Positions 1 to 13,690 of a DNA stretch of 64,000 nucleotides are shown piece after piece. How positions within the stretch are numbered: position 1 is the stretch's first letter; each line of letters begins with the position of its first letter. Under the pieces are notes generated by a model. The model saw only the letters and a program-made list of their open reading frames with translations, was not told the origin of the DNA and made no database searches. This DNA comes from the human T2T-CHM13v2.0 reference genome, Homo sapiens: the NCBI RefSeq assembly GCF_009914755.1, contig NC_060945.1; one strand, given 5' to 3'. Both the position numbers and the translations under genes were made by a program.

Positions 1-3000
1 ATTCTACAAAAAGACCGTTTCCAAAGTGCTCAATCAAAAGAAAAGTTCAACTCTGTGAGTTGAATGAGCACATCACAAAGAAGTTTCTCACAATGCTTCT
101 ATCTAGTTTTTATGTGAATATATTCCCTTTTCCACCACAGGCCACAAACACTCCAAATATCCACTTGAAGATTCTACAAAAAGAGTGCTTCAAAAATGCT
201 CAATCAAAAGAAAGGTTCAACTCTTTGAGATGGATGCACACATCACAAAGAAGCTTCTCAGAATGTTCCTGTCTAGTTTTTTTGTGAAGATATTTCCTTT
301 TCCACCGTAGTCCTCAAGTCTCTCCAAATATCTACTTTCAGCATCTCCAAAAAGAGTGTTTTAAAACTGCTGTACCAAAGAAAGTTTCGTGTCTGAGATA
401 TGACTGCATACAACACAGAGAAGTTTCTCAAAGTGCTTCTGTTTATTTTTTTTATGAAGATATTTCCTTTTCCACTATGGGCCACAGAGCGCTCCAAATA
501 TTCACTGGCAGATTCTACAAAAAGAGTGTTTCAAAACTGCTCAATCAATAGAAAGTTTGAAGTCTGTGAGATGAATGCACACATCACAAAGGAGTTTCTA
601 AGAATGCTTCCATCTGAATTTTATGTGAGGATATTTCCTTTTTCACCATAGGCCTCAATACACTCCAAATATCCATTTACAGATAATACAAATGACTGTA
701 TCCAAACTGCTCAATCAAAAGAAAGTTCAACTGTGTATGATGAATGCACACATCACAAGGGTGTTTCTCAGAAAGTTTTTGTCTAGCTTTTAGGTGAAGA
801 TATTTCTTATTTCCCCAGAGGTCTCAATGGGCTCTCAAATATTCCCTTTCATATTCTACTAAATGACTGTATCGAAGCTGCTCAATCAAAAGACGGGTTT
901 AACAGTGTGAGACGAAAATACACCTTCCTAGGAAGTTTCTCAGAATTCTTCTGTCTAGTTTTTTATGTGAAGATATTTCCTTTTCCACTATAGGCCTCAA
1001 AGCGTTCCAAATATCCACTTGCAGATACTACAAATAGAGCGTTTCAAAACTGCTCAATCAAAAGAAAGGTTCAACTCTGTGAGATGAATGCAGACATCAA
1101 AAAGAAGTTTCTCAGAATGCTTCTGCCTTGTTTTTATGTGAAGATATTTCCTTTTTCACCATAGGCCTCAAAGCACTGGTAATATCCATTTGGAGATACT
1201 ACAAAAAGACTGTTCCCAAACTGCTCAATAAAAAGAAAGTTTCAACTCTATGAGATAAAAGCAAATATCACAAAGAAGTTTCTCAGAAAATTTCTATCTA
1301 GTTTTTATGTGAACATATTTCTTATCACCCCATAGACCTCAATCGGCTCACAAGTATCCTTCTGCAGATTGTAAAAAACTACTGTTTCCAAACCGCTCAA
1401 TCACAGGAAAGGTTTAACTCTGTGAAATGAATGCATCCATCACAGAGAAGTTTCTAAGAATGCTTCCGTCTCGTTTTTATGTGAAGAAGATTCCTTTTCC
1501 ACCATATTCCTCATGCGCTCCAAAGAAACACTTGCAGATTCCGCTAAAAGAGTGTTTCAAAACTGCTCAATCAAAAGAAAGGTTCTAGTCGGTGAGATGA
1601 ATGCACACATCACAAAGACGTTTCTATGAATGCTTCTGTCTGATTTATATTGAAGATATTTCCTTTTTCACCGTAGGCCTCAGAGTGCTTAAAATATCCA
1701 TTTGCAGATACTAGAAAAGACTGTTTCCAAACTGCTCAATCAAAATAAAGTTCAACTCAGTGAGATGAATGCACACATCACCAAGACGTTTCTGAGAAAG
1801 ATTCTGTCTCGTTTTTATGTGAAGATATTTCCTGTTTCCCCAGAGGCATCAATGGGCTCACAAATATTCCTTTGCATATTCTACAAAATGACTGTTTAGA
1901 AGGTGCTCAATCAAAAAAAAAGTTCAACAGTGTGAGATGAATGCGCCCATTCAACGGAAGTTTCTCAGAATTCTTCTATCTAGTTTTTATGTGAAGATAT
2001 TTCCTTTTTCACTATAGGCCACAAAGTGCTCCAAATATCCACTTGCAGACTCTACAAAACGAGTGTATCCACACTGCTCAATCAAAAGAAAATTTCAACT
2101 GTGTGAGATGAATGCACACATCAAAATAAATTTCTCCAAAACTTCTGCCTACTTTTTATGGGAAGATATTTCGTTTTTCAACGTAGGCCAAAAGCACTCC
2201 AAATATCAATTTGCAGATTCTACAAAAAGACTGTTTCCAAACTGCTCAATCAAGAGAAAGTTTCAACCTGGTGAGTAGAAGTCACACATGACAAAATAGT
2301 TTCTCAGAAAGTATCTGTCTAGTTTTTATGTGAAGATATTTCCTATCACCCCAGAAGCCTCAATGGGCTCACAAATATTCCTTTGCAGATTCTACAAAAC
2401 GACAGTTTCAAAACTGCTGAATCAAAAGAAAGGTTCAACTCTGTGAGATGAATGCACAGATCACAAATAAGTTTCTCAAAATGCTGCTGTCTAGTTTTTA
2501 TGGGAAGATATTTCCTTTCCCACCATAGGCCTCAAAGCTCTCCAAATAGCCATTTGCAGATACTGTAAAAAGACTGTTTCCAAACTGCTGTATCAAAAGA
2601 AAGGTTGAACTCCATGAGTTGAATGCACACGTCACAAAGAAGTTTCTCAGAATGCTTCTGACTAGTTTTTATGTGAAGATATTTTCTTTTCCACAGTAGG
2701 CCTCAAAGCGCTGAAAATATCCACTTGAAGATTCTACAAATGAGAGTTTCAAAACTGCTCAAACAAAAGAAAGATTCAACTCTGTGAGATGAATGCACAC
2801 ATCACAAAGAAGTTTCTCAGAATGCTTCTGTCTAGTTTTATGTAAAGATATTTCCTTTTCTACTATAGGCCACAAAGCACTCCAAATATCAACTTGCAGA
2901 TTCTGCAGAAAGAGTTTTTCAAAGCTGCTCAATCAAAAGAAAAGTTCAACTCTTTGAGATGAATGTACACATCAGGAAGTTCCTCAGAATGCTTCTATTT

Positions 3001-6000
3001 TTATGTGAAGATATAGCCTTTTCTACCATAGACCACAAAACGCTCCAAATATCCCCTTGCAGTTTCTACTAAAAGAGTGTTTCCAAACTGCTCAATCAAA
3101 AGAAGTTTCAACTCTGTGAGATGAATGCACTCATCAATAAGAAGTTTTTCAGTAATTTTCTGTCTAGTTTTTATGTGAAGATATTTCCTTTCCTACTATA
3201 GGCCTGAAAGTGCTCCAAATATCCGTTTGCAGATACTGCAAAAAGACTGTTTCCAAACTGCTCAATCAAAGGAAATGTCCAACTCTGTGAGTTGAATGCA
3301 CGCATCTCAAAGAGATTACTCATAATGATTCTGTCTAGTTTTGATGTGAAGATATTTGCTTTTCCACCAGTGGCCTCAAACTCTCCAAATATCCACTTGC
3401 AGATTCTACAATAAGAGTGTTTCAAAACTGCTCAATCAAAAGAAAGGTTCAACACTGTGAGATGAATGCACACGTCACAAAGCACTTTCTTAGAATGCTT
3501 CTGTCTAGCTTTTATTTGAAGATATTTCCTTTTTCACCATAGGCTGCAAAGCGCTCCAAATATCCCTTTCAGATTCTACAGAGAGAGTGTTTCAAAACTG
3601 TTCAATCAAAAGAGAAATTCAACTCTGGTGATGAATGCACGCATCACAGAGCAGTTTCTCATAATGTTTCTGTCTATTTTTTATGTGAAGTTATTTCATT
3701 TTCCACTATAGGCCGTAATGCACTCCTAATATCCACTTGCAGATTCTACAAAAAGACTGTTTGCAAACTGCTCAAACAAAAGAAAAGTTCAACTCTGTGA
3801 GTTGAATGAGCACATCACAAAGAAGTTTCTCAGAATGCTTCTGTCTAGTTTTTATGTGAATATATTTCCTTTTCCACTATAGGCCGTAATGTGCTCCAAA
3901 TATCCACCTGCAGATTCTACAAAAAGACTGTTTCCAAAGTGCTCAATCAAAAGAAAAGTTCAACTCTGTGAGATGAATGAGCACATCACAAAGAAGCTTC
4001 TCAGAATGTTTCTGTCTAGTTTTTTTGTGGAGATATTTCCTTTTCCACCGTAGTCCTCAAGTCTCTCCAAATACCTACTTTCAGAATCTCCAAAAAGAGT
4101 GTTTTAAAACTGCTGTACCAAAGAAAGTTTCATGTCTGAGTTATGACTGCATACAACACAGAGAAGTTTCTCAAAGTGCTTCTGTTTATTTTTTTTATGA
4201 AGATATTTCCTTTTCCACTATTGGCCACAGAGCGCTCCAAATATCCACTGGCAGATTCTACAAAAAGAGTGTTTCAAAACTGCTCAATCAATAGAAAGTT
4301 TGAAGTCTGTGAGATGAATGCACACATCACAAAGGAGTTTCTAAGAATGCTTCCATCTGAATTTTATGTGAGGATATTTCCTTTTTCACCATAGGCCTCA
4401 GTACACTCCAAATATCCATTTACAGATAATACAAATGACTGTATCCAAACTGCTCAATCAAAAGAAAGTTCAACTGTGTATGATGAATGCACAAATCACA
4501 ATGGTGTTTCTCAGAAAGTTTTTGTCTAGTTTTTAGGTGAAGATATTTCTTATTTCCCCAGAGGCCTCAATGGGCTCTCAAATATTCCCTTTCATATTCT
4601 ACTAAATGACTGTATCGAAGCTGCTCAATCAAAAGACGGGTTTAACAGTGTGAGACGAAAATACACCTTCCTAGGATGTTTCTCAGAATTCTTCTTTCTA
4701 GTTTTTTATGTGAAGATATTTCCTTTTCCACTATAGGCCTCAAAGCGTTCCAAATATCCACTTGCAGATACTACAAATAGAGCGTTTCAAAACTGCTCAA
4801 TCAAAAGAAAGGTTCAACTCTGCGAGATGAATGCAGACATCAAAAAGAAGTTTCTCAGAATGCTTCTGCCTTGTTTTTATGTGAAGATATTTCCTTTTTC
4901 AAAATAGGCCTCAAAGCACTGGTAATATCCATTTGCAGATACTACAAAAAGACTGTTCCCAAACTGCTCAATAAAAAGAAAGTTTCAACTCTAGCAGATA
5001 AAAGCAAATATCACAAAGAAGTTTCTCAGAAACTTTCTATCTATTTTTTATGTGAACATATTTCTTATCACCCCATAGACCTCAATCGGCTCACAAGTAT
5101 CCTTCTGTAGATTATGAAAAACTACTGTTTCCAAACCGCTCAATCACAGGAAAGGTTTAACTCTGTGAAATGAATGCATCCATCACAGAGAAGTTTCTCA
5201 GAATGCTTCCGTCTCGTTTTTATGTGAAGAAGATTCCTTTTCCACCATATTCCTCATGCGCTCCAAATAAACACTTGCAGATTCCGCTAAAAGAGTGTTT
5301 CAAAACTGCTCAATCAAAAGAAAGGTTCTAGTCGGTGAGATGAATGTACACATCCCAAAGAAGTTTCTATGAATGCTTCTGTCTGATTTATATTGAAGAT
5401 ATTTCCTTTTTCACCGTAGGCCTCAGAGTGCTTAAAATATCCATTTGCAGATACTAGAAAAGACTGTTTCCAAACTGCTCAATCAAAATAAAGTTCAACT
5501 CAGTGAGATGAATGCACACATCACCAAGACGTTTCTGAGAAAGATTCTGTCTCGTTTTTATGTGAAGATATTTCCTGTTTCCCCAGAGGCATCAATGGGC
5601 TCACAAATATTCCTTTGCATATTCTACAAAATGACTGTTTAGAAGGTGCTCAATCAAAAAAAAAGTTCAACAGTGTGAGATGAATGCGCCCATTCAAAGG
5701 AAGTTTCTCAGAATTCTTCTATCTAGTTTTTATGTGAAGATATTTCCTTTTTCACTATAGGCCACAAAGTGCTCCAAATATCCACTTGCAGACTCTGCAA
5801 AACGAGTGTATCCACACTGCTCAATCAAAAGAAAATTTCAACTGTGTGAGATGAATGCACACATCAAAATAAATTTCTCCAAAACTTCTGCCTACTTTTT
5901 ATGGGAAGATATTTCGTTTTTCAACGTAGGCCAAAAGCACTCCAAATATCAATTTGCAGATTCTACAAAAAGACTGTTTCCAAACTGCTCAATCAAGAGA

Positions 6001-7500
6001 AAGTTTCAACCCGGTGAGTAGAAGTCACACATGACAAAATAGTTTCTCAGAAAGTATCTGTCTAGTTTTTATGTGAAGATATTTCCTATCACCCCAGAAG
6101 CCTCAATGGGCTCACAAATATTCCTTTGCAGATTCTACAAAACGACAGTTTCAAAACTGCTGAATCAAGAGAAAGGTTCAACTCTGTGAGATGAATGCGC
6201 AGATCACAAATAAGTTTCTCAGAATGCTGCTGTCTAGTTTTTATGGGAAGATATTTCCTTTTCCACCATAGGCCTCAAAGCTCTCCAAATATCCATCTGC
6301 AGATACTGTAAAAAGACTGTTTCCAAACTGCTGAATCAAAAGAAAGGTTGAACTCCATGAGTTGAATGCACACGTCACAAAGAAGTTTCTCAGAATGCTT
6401 CTGACTAGTTTTTATGTGTAGATATTTTCTTTTCCACCATAGGCCTCAAAGCGCTGAAAATATCCACTTGAAGATTCTACAGAAAGAGAGTTTCAAAACT
6501 GGTCAAACAAAAGAATGATTCAACTCTGTGAGATGAATGCACACTTCACAAAGCACTTTCTTAGAATGCTTCTGTCTAGCTTTTATTTGAAGATATTTCC
6601 TTTTTCACCATAGGCTGCAAAGCACTCCAAATATCCCTTTCAGATTCTACAGAGAGAGTGTTTCAAAACTGTTCAATCAAAAGAGAAATTCAACTCTGGT
6701 GATGAATGCACGCATCACAGAGCAGTTTCTCATAATGTTTCTGTCTATTTTTTATGTGAAGTTATTTCATTTTCCACTATAGGCCGTAATGCACTCCTAA
6801 TATCCACTTGCAGATTCTACAAAAAGACTGTTTGCAAACTGCTCAAACAAAAGAAAAGTTCAACTCTGTGAGTTGAATGAGCACATCACAAAGAAGTTTC
6901 TCAGAATGCTTCTGTCTAGTTTTTATGTGAATATATTTCCTTTTCCACTATAGGCCGTAATGCGCTCCAAATATCCACCTGCAGATTCTACAAAAAGACT
7001 GTTTCCAAACTGCTCAATCAAAAGAAAAGTTCAACTCTGTGAGATGAATGAGCACATCACAAAGAAGTTTCTCAGAATGCTTCTATCTAGTTTTTATGTG
7101 AATATATTTCCTTTTCCACCACAGGCCACAAACACTCCAAATATCCACTTGAAGATTCTACAAAAAGAGTGCTTCAAAAATGCTCAATCAAAAGAAAGGT
7201 TCAACTCTTTGAGATGGATGCACACATCACAAAGAAGCTTCTCAGAATGTTTCTGTCTAGTTTTTTTGTGAAGATATTTCCTTTTCCACCGTAGTCCTCA
7301 AGTCTCTCCAAATATCTACTTTCAGAATCTCCAAAAAGAGTGTTTTAAAACTGCTGTACCAAAGAAAGTTTCATGTCTGAGATATGACTGCATACAACAC
7401 AGAGAAGTTTCTCAAAGTGCTTCTGTTTATTTTTTTTATGAAGATATTTCCTTTTCCACTATGGGCCACAGAGCGCTCCAAATATCCACTTGCAGATTCT
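1..7500 (-). repeat. Alpha-satellite higher-order repeat array end (23-mer, ~3913 bp unit; CENP-B-box-less)
   Basis: The unit start ATTCTACAAAAAGAC(C/T)GTTTCCAAA(G/C)TGCTC recurs at 1, 3914 and 6985. Paired ORFs 400/4143, 1702/5445 and 2063/5806 are offset by 3743 bp, and the last two pairs translate identically. Copies look ~97-98% identical by eye, while neighbouring monomers are far more divergent. Confidence 0.93.
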
Positions 7501-10500
7501 ACAAAAAGAGTGTTTCAAACCTGCTCAATCAAAAGGAAGATTTTACTCTATGAGATGAATGGACACATCACAGAGAAGTTTCTCAATATGCTTTTGTCTA
7601 GTTTTTATGTTAAGATGTTTCCTTTTCCATTCCATGAAGTAAAGTGATGCAAATATCCATTTGTAGATATTACAAAAAGACTGCTTCCAAACTCCTCGAT
7701 CAAAAGAAAGGTTCAACTCTGTGAGTTGAATGCACACATCACAAAAAATTTTCTCAGAATGCTTCTGTCTAGTTTTTATGTGAAGATATTTCCTTTTCCA
7801 CCATAGGCCTCAAAGCACTCAAAATGTCCGTTTGCAGACACTACAGAAAGACGCTTTCCAAGCAGCTCAATCAAAGGAAATGTTCAGCTCTGTGAATTGA
7901 ATGCACATCACAAAGTAGTTTCCCAGAATGTTTCTTTCCTGTATATATGTGAAGATATTTCCTTTTCCAATATAGGCCTCAAAGCACTCCAAATATCAAC
8001 TTGCAGATTCTGTGAAAAGGGTGTTTCAAACTTCCCAATCACAGGAAATGTTCAACTCTGTGAGATGAATGCACACAACATGAAGAATTTACTCAGAATG
8101 CTTCTGTCTGGTTTTTATTTGAAGATATTTCCTTATCCACTATAGGCCACAAAGCGCTCCATATATCCACTTGCAGATACTACAAAAAGAGTGTTTCCAA
8201 ACTGCTCAATCAAAAGAAAGGTTCAACTCCGTGAGTTGAATGCGCACATAACAAAGAATTTTCTCAGAATGCTTCTGTCTAGTTTTCATGTGAAGATATT
8301 TCCTTTTCCACCACATGCCTCAAAGCGCTCCAAAAATCCACAAGCAGATTCCATAAATAGAGTATTTCAAAACTGCTGAATCAAAAGAAAGTTTCAGCTC
8401 TGTGAGATGAATGCACACTTCACAATGAAGATTCTCAGAATGCTTCTGTCTAGTTTTTATGTGAAGATAATTCCTTTTCCACATTAGGCCTCAAAACTCT
8501 TCAAATATGCCTTGCAGATTCTACAAAAAGAGTGTTTCAAAACTGCTCAATCGAAAGAAAGGTTCAAGTCTGTGAGATGAATGCACATCTCAGAAAGACG
8601 TTTCTCAGAATGCTTCTGTCTAGTTTTTATTTGAAGATTTATCCTTTTCCACAATAGGCTGCAAAGTGCTCCAAATATCCACTTACAGATTCTTCAAAAA
8701 GAGTGTTTCCAGACTGCTCAATCAAAAGAAAGGTTCAACTCTGTTAGTTGAATGCACACATTACAACAAAGTTTATCAGAATGCTTCTGTCTAGTTTTTA
8801 GGTGAATATATTCCCTTTTAAACTGTAGTCTGCAAAGCACTCCAAATATTCACTTGCAGATTCTACAAAAAAAGTGATTCAAAATTGCTCAATCAAAAGA
8901 AGGGTTCAACAGTGTTAGTTGAATGCACACATCACAAAGAAGTTTCTCAGAATGCTTCTGTCTAGTTTTTATGTGAAGATATATCCTTTTCCACCGTAGG
9001 CCCCAAAGCACTCCAAATATCCACTGGTAGAGTCTACAAATGTGCGTTTCAATACTACTCAATCAAAAGAAACGTTCAACTTTGTGAGATGAAAGCACGC
9101 ATCACAAAGTTGTTTCTCAGAATGCTCTGTCTAGTTTTTATGTGAAGATATTTCCTTTTATACCATAGGCCCCAAAGTGTTCCAAATATCCACCTTCAGA
9201 TTCTACAAAAAGTGTGTTTCAAAACTGCTCAACCAAAAGAAAGGTTCAAACCTGTGAGATGAATGCACACATCACAAAGGAGTTTCTCAGAATGCTTCTG
9301 TCTAGTTTTTGTGTGAAGTTATTTCCTTTACCACCATAGGACTGAAAGAGCTCCAAATGTCCACTTGCAGAATCTACAAAAAGAGTGTTTCAAAATTGCT
9401 CAATCAAAATAAAAGTTCAACTCTGTTAGAAGAATGCACACATCACAAAAATTTCACAGAATGCTTCTGTCTATTTTTTATGTGAAGATATTTCCTTTTC
9501 CACTTGAGACTGGAAAGAGCTTCAAATATCCAATTGCAGATTCTGCAAAAGAGTGTTTCAAAACTGCTCAATCAAAGGAAAGGTACAATTCAGTGAACTG
9601 AATGTGCACATCAGAAGGAAGTTTCTTAGAATACCTCTGTGCAGTTATTATGTGAAGATATTTACTTTTCCACCATAGGCCCCAAGGCTCTCCAAATATC
9701 CAATTGCAGATTCAACAAAAAGTGTGTTTCAAAACTGCTCAATCAAAAGAAAGGTTCAACTCTGTGGGAGGAATGCTCACATCACACACAGGTTTCTCAG
9801 AATGCTTCTGTCTTTTTTCTGTGTGAAGATATTTCCTTTTCCACTAGAGGATGCAAAGCGCTCAAAATATCCACTTGCAGATTTTACAAAAGGGTGTTTC
9901 TAAAATGCTAAATCAAAATAGTTTCAAGTCTGTGAGATGAATGCATATATCCCAAAGAAGTTTCTCAGAATGCTTCTGTCTAGTTTTTATGTGAAGATAT
10001 AAAATTTTCCACTATAGGCCACAAAGCGCTTCAAATATCCACTTGCATATTCTTCAAAAAGAGTGTTTCAAAAGTGATGAATCAAAAGAAAAGTTCAACT
10101 GTGTGAGATGAATGCACACATCACAAAGAAGTTTCTCAGAATGCTTCTGTCTAGTTTTATGTGCAGATATTTCCTCTACAATAGGGAACAAAGCACTCCA
10201 AATATCCACTTACAGATTCTACAAAAGCGGTGTTTCAAAACTGCTCAATCAAAACAAAGTTTCAACTCTGTGAGATCATTGCACACATCATAAAGAAGTT
10301 TCTCAGAATGCTTCTGTGTAGTTTTTATGTGAAGATATTTCCTTTTCCACCATAGGCCTCAAAGTGTTCCATATATCTACCTGCAGATTCTAGAAAAAGA
10401 GTGTTTCAAAACTACTTAATCAAAAGAAAGGTTCAACCCAGTGAGATGAATGCACTCGTCACAGAGAAGATTCCCAGAATGCTTCTGTCTAGTTTTTATG

Positions 10501-13500
10501 TGAAGATATTTCCTTTTTCACTATAGGAGGCAAAGCTTTCCAAATATCCAATTGCGGATTCCACAAAAAAAGTGTTCCAAAACTGCTCAATGAAAGGAAA
10601 TGTTGAATTATGTGAGATAAAAGCACACATCATAAAGGAGTTTCTAAGAATGCTTTTGTCTGGTTTTTATGTGAAGATATTTCCTTTTCAACTATAGGCC
10701 TCAAAGCGCTCCAAATATACATTTGCAGATGCTACAAAAAGAATGTTTCCAAACTCCTCAAAGATATGTTCAACTTTGTGAGTTGAATGCACATATCACA
10801 AAGTAGTTTCTCAGAATGCTTCTGTCCAGATTTTATTTGAAGATATTTCCTTTACCAACATAGGCCTCAAAGCTCTCCAAATATCGAATTGCAGATTCCA
10901 CAAAAACAGTGTTTGAATACTGCTCAAACAAAAGAAAGGTTCAACCCTGTGAGATGAATGCATACATCACACAGAAGTTTCTCAGAATGCTTCTGTGTAG
11001 TTTTTATGTGAAGATATTTCCTTTACCACCATAAGCCTCAAAGAACTCCAAATATCCACTTACAGATTCTACAAAAAGAGTGCTTCAAAACTGCTCAACC
11101 AAAAGAAAGGTTCAACTCTTTGTGATGAATGCACACATCACAAAGTAATTTTTCAGAATGCTTCTGTCTAGTTTTTATGTGAATATACATCCTTTTCCAC
11201 TATAGGCCACAAAGTGCTCCAAACACCCACTTGCGGATTCTACAAAAAGAGTGTTTTAAACCTCCTCAACAAAAAAGTTTCAACTCTGTGAGGTGAATGC
11301 ACACCTCACAAAGAACATTCTCAGAATGCTTCTCTCTAGTTTTTATGTGAAGATATTTGCTTTTCCACCATAGGCCACAAGGCGCGCCAAGTATCCACTT
11401 GCAGATTTTACAAAAATAGTGTTTCAAAACTGCTCAAACAAAAGAAAGGTTCAACTCTGTGAGTTGAATGCACACATCACAAAGAAGTTTCTCAGAATGC
11501 TGCTGTCTAGCTTTTATCCAAAGTTATTTCCTTTTCCACTATACTCCACAAAGCCCTCTGAATATCCACTTGCAGATTCTACAAAAGAAGTGTTTCAAAA
11601 CTGCACAATCAAAAGAAAGTTTCGACTCTGTGAGTTGTATGCACACATCAGAAAGAAGTTTCTCAGAATGCTTTTGTGTAGTTTTTATGTGAAGATATTT
11701 CCTTTTCCACCATAGGCACCAAAGCTCTCCAAATATCCACTTGCAGATTATACAAAAAGAGGGATTCAAAACTGCTCAATCAAAAGAAAGGTTCAACTCT
11801 GTGAGTTGAAGGCACACATAACAAAACCGTTTCTCAGAATGCTTCTCCATAGTTTTTATATGAAGATATTTCCATTTCCACCATTCTCTCCAAAGTGCTC
11901 CAAATATCCACTTGCAGATTCTATAAAAAGAGTGTTTCAAAACTGCTCAATGAAAAGAAAGTTTCACCTCTGTTAGATGAATGGACACATCACAAAGACG
12001 TTTCTCAGAATGCTTCTGTCTAGTGTTTACGTGAAGATATTTCCTTTTCCACCACACGACTCAAAGCACTCTAAATATGCACTTGCAGATTCTACCAAAA
12101 GAGTGTTTCAAAAATGTTCAATCAAAGGAAAGTTTCAAATCTGTGAGATGTACGCACACATCACAAAGAAGTTTCTCAGAATGCTTCTGCCTTGTTTTTA
12201 TGAGAAGATAATTCTTTTCCACCATAGGCCCCAAAGGGCTCCAAATATCCACCGCAGATCCTACAAAAAGTGTTTAAAAAATGCTAAGTCAATAGAAAGT
12301 TTAAACTCTGTGAGATGTATGCACACATAACAAAGAAGTTTCTCAGAATGCTTCTCTCTAATTTTTATGTGAGGATATTTCCTTCTCCACCATAGGCCTG
12401 AAAGCACTCGAAATATCCCCTGGCAGATCCTAAAAAAAAGAGCGATTCAAAACTGCTCAATCAAAAGAAATTTTCAAATCTGAGATGAATGCGCACATCA
12501 CAAAGAAGTTTCTCAGGGTACTTCTGTCTAGTTTTTATGTGAAGATATTTCCTTTTCCACCATACTCATCAAAGTGTTCCAAATATCCACTTGCACATTC
12601 TACAAAGAGAGTGTTTCAAAACTGCTCAATCAAAAGAATGGTCCAACTATGTGAGATGAATGCACACATCACAAAGAAGTATCTCAGAATGCTTCTGTGT
12701 AGTTTTTATGTGAAGATATTTCCTTTACCACCATAGGCCTCAAAGCGCTCCAAATATCCACTTACAGATTCTCCAAAAAGCGTGTTTCAAAACTGCTCAA
12801 TCAAAAGAAAGGTTGAACTTTTTGAGATGAATGCACACATCAAAAATAAGTTTTTCAGAATGCTTCTGTCTAGTTTTTATGTGAATATACATCCTTTTCC
12901 ACTATAGGCCACAAAATGTTCCAAACACCCGCTTTCAGACTCTACAAAAAGAGTGTTTCAAACCTCCTCAATAAAAAAAGTTAAAACTCTGTGATGTGAA
13001 TGAACACAGCACAAAGAAGATTCTCAGAATACTTCTGTCTAGTTGTTACGTGAATATATTTGCTTTTCCACCATAGGCCGCAAAGTGCACCAAATATCCA
13101 CTTGCAGATTTTACAAAAGCAGTGTTTCAAAACTGCTCAATCAAAAGAAAGTTTCAACTCTGTGAGTTGAATGCACACATCACAAAGAAGTTTCTCAGAA
13201 TGCGTCTGTCTAGCTTTTATGCAAAGTTATTTCCTTTTCCACAATACTCCACAAAGCCCTCTGAGTATCTACTTGCAGATTCTACAAAAAGAGTGTTTCA
13301 AAACTGCATATTCAAAAGAATGGTTCAACTCTGCGAGTTGTATGCACACATCACAAAGAAGTTTCTCAGAGTGCTTTTGTATAGTTTTTATGTGAAGATA
13401 TTTCTTTTCACCAGAGGCCCCAAAATGCTCCAAATATCCACTTGCAGATTTTACAAAAAGAGGGATTCAAAACTGCTCAATCAAAAGAAAGGTTCAACTC

Positions 13501-13690
13501 TGTGAGTTGAATGCACACATCACAAAGACGTTTCTCACAATGCTTCTCCATAGTTTTTATATGAAGATATTTCCATTTTCACCATTCTCTCCAAAGCGTT
13601 CCAAATATCCACTTGCAGATTCTACAAAAAGAGTGTTTCAAAACTATTCAATCGAATTAAAGTTTCTTCTCTTTGAGAAGAATGCACATA
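7501..13690 (-). repeat. Divergent monomeric alpha satellite, layer A (mostly CTTCTGTCTAG / AAATATCCAC monomers)
   Basis: Continuous ~171-bp periodicity (CATCACAAAGAAGTTTCTCAGAATGCTTCTG...GTGAAGATATTTCC) with no HOR-level identity. The pJalpha-type box TTCCTTTTCCACCATAG is present. Confidence 0.9.
10975..13650. repeat. Old ~6-monomer duplication (~10975-11950 vs ~12680-13650, offset ~1703 bp)
   Basis: Shared rare variants GAATATACATCC (11181/12883), CCAAACACCC, TACTCCACAAAGCCCTCTGA, GGGATTCAAAA and CCATTCTCTCCAAAG. Paired ORFs 11419/13122 and 11468/13171. Confidence 0.85.
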
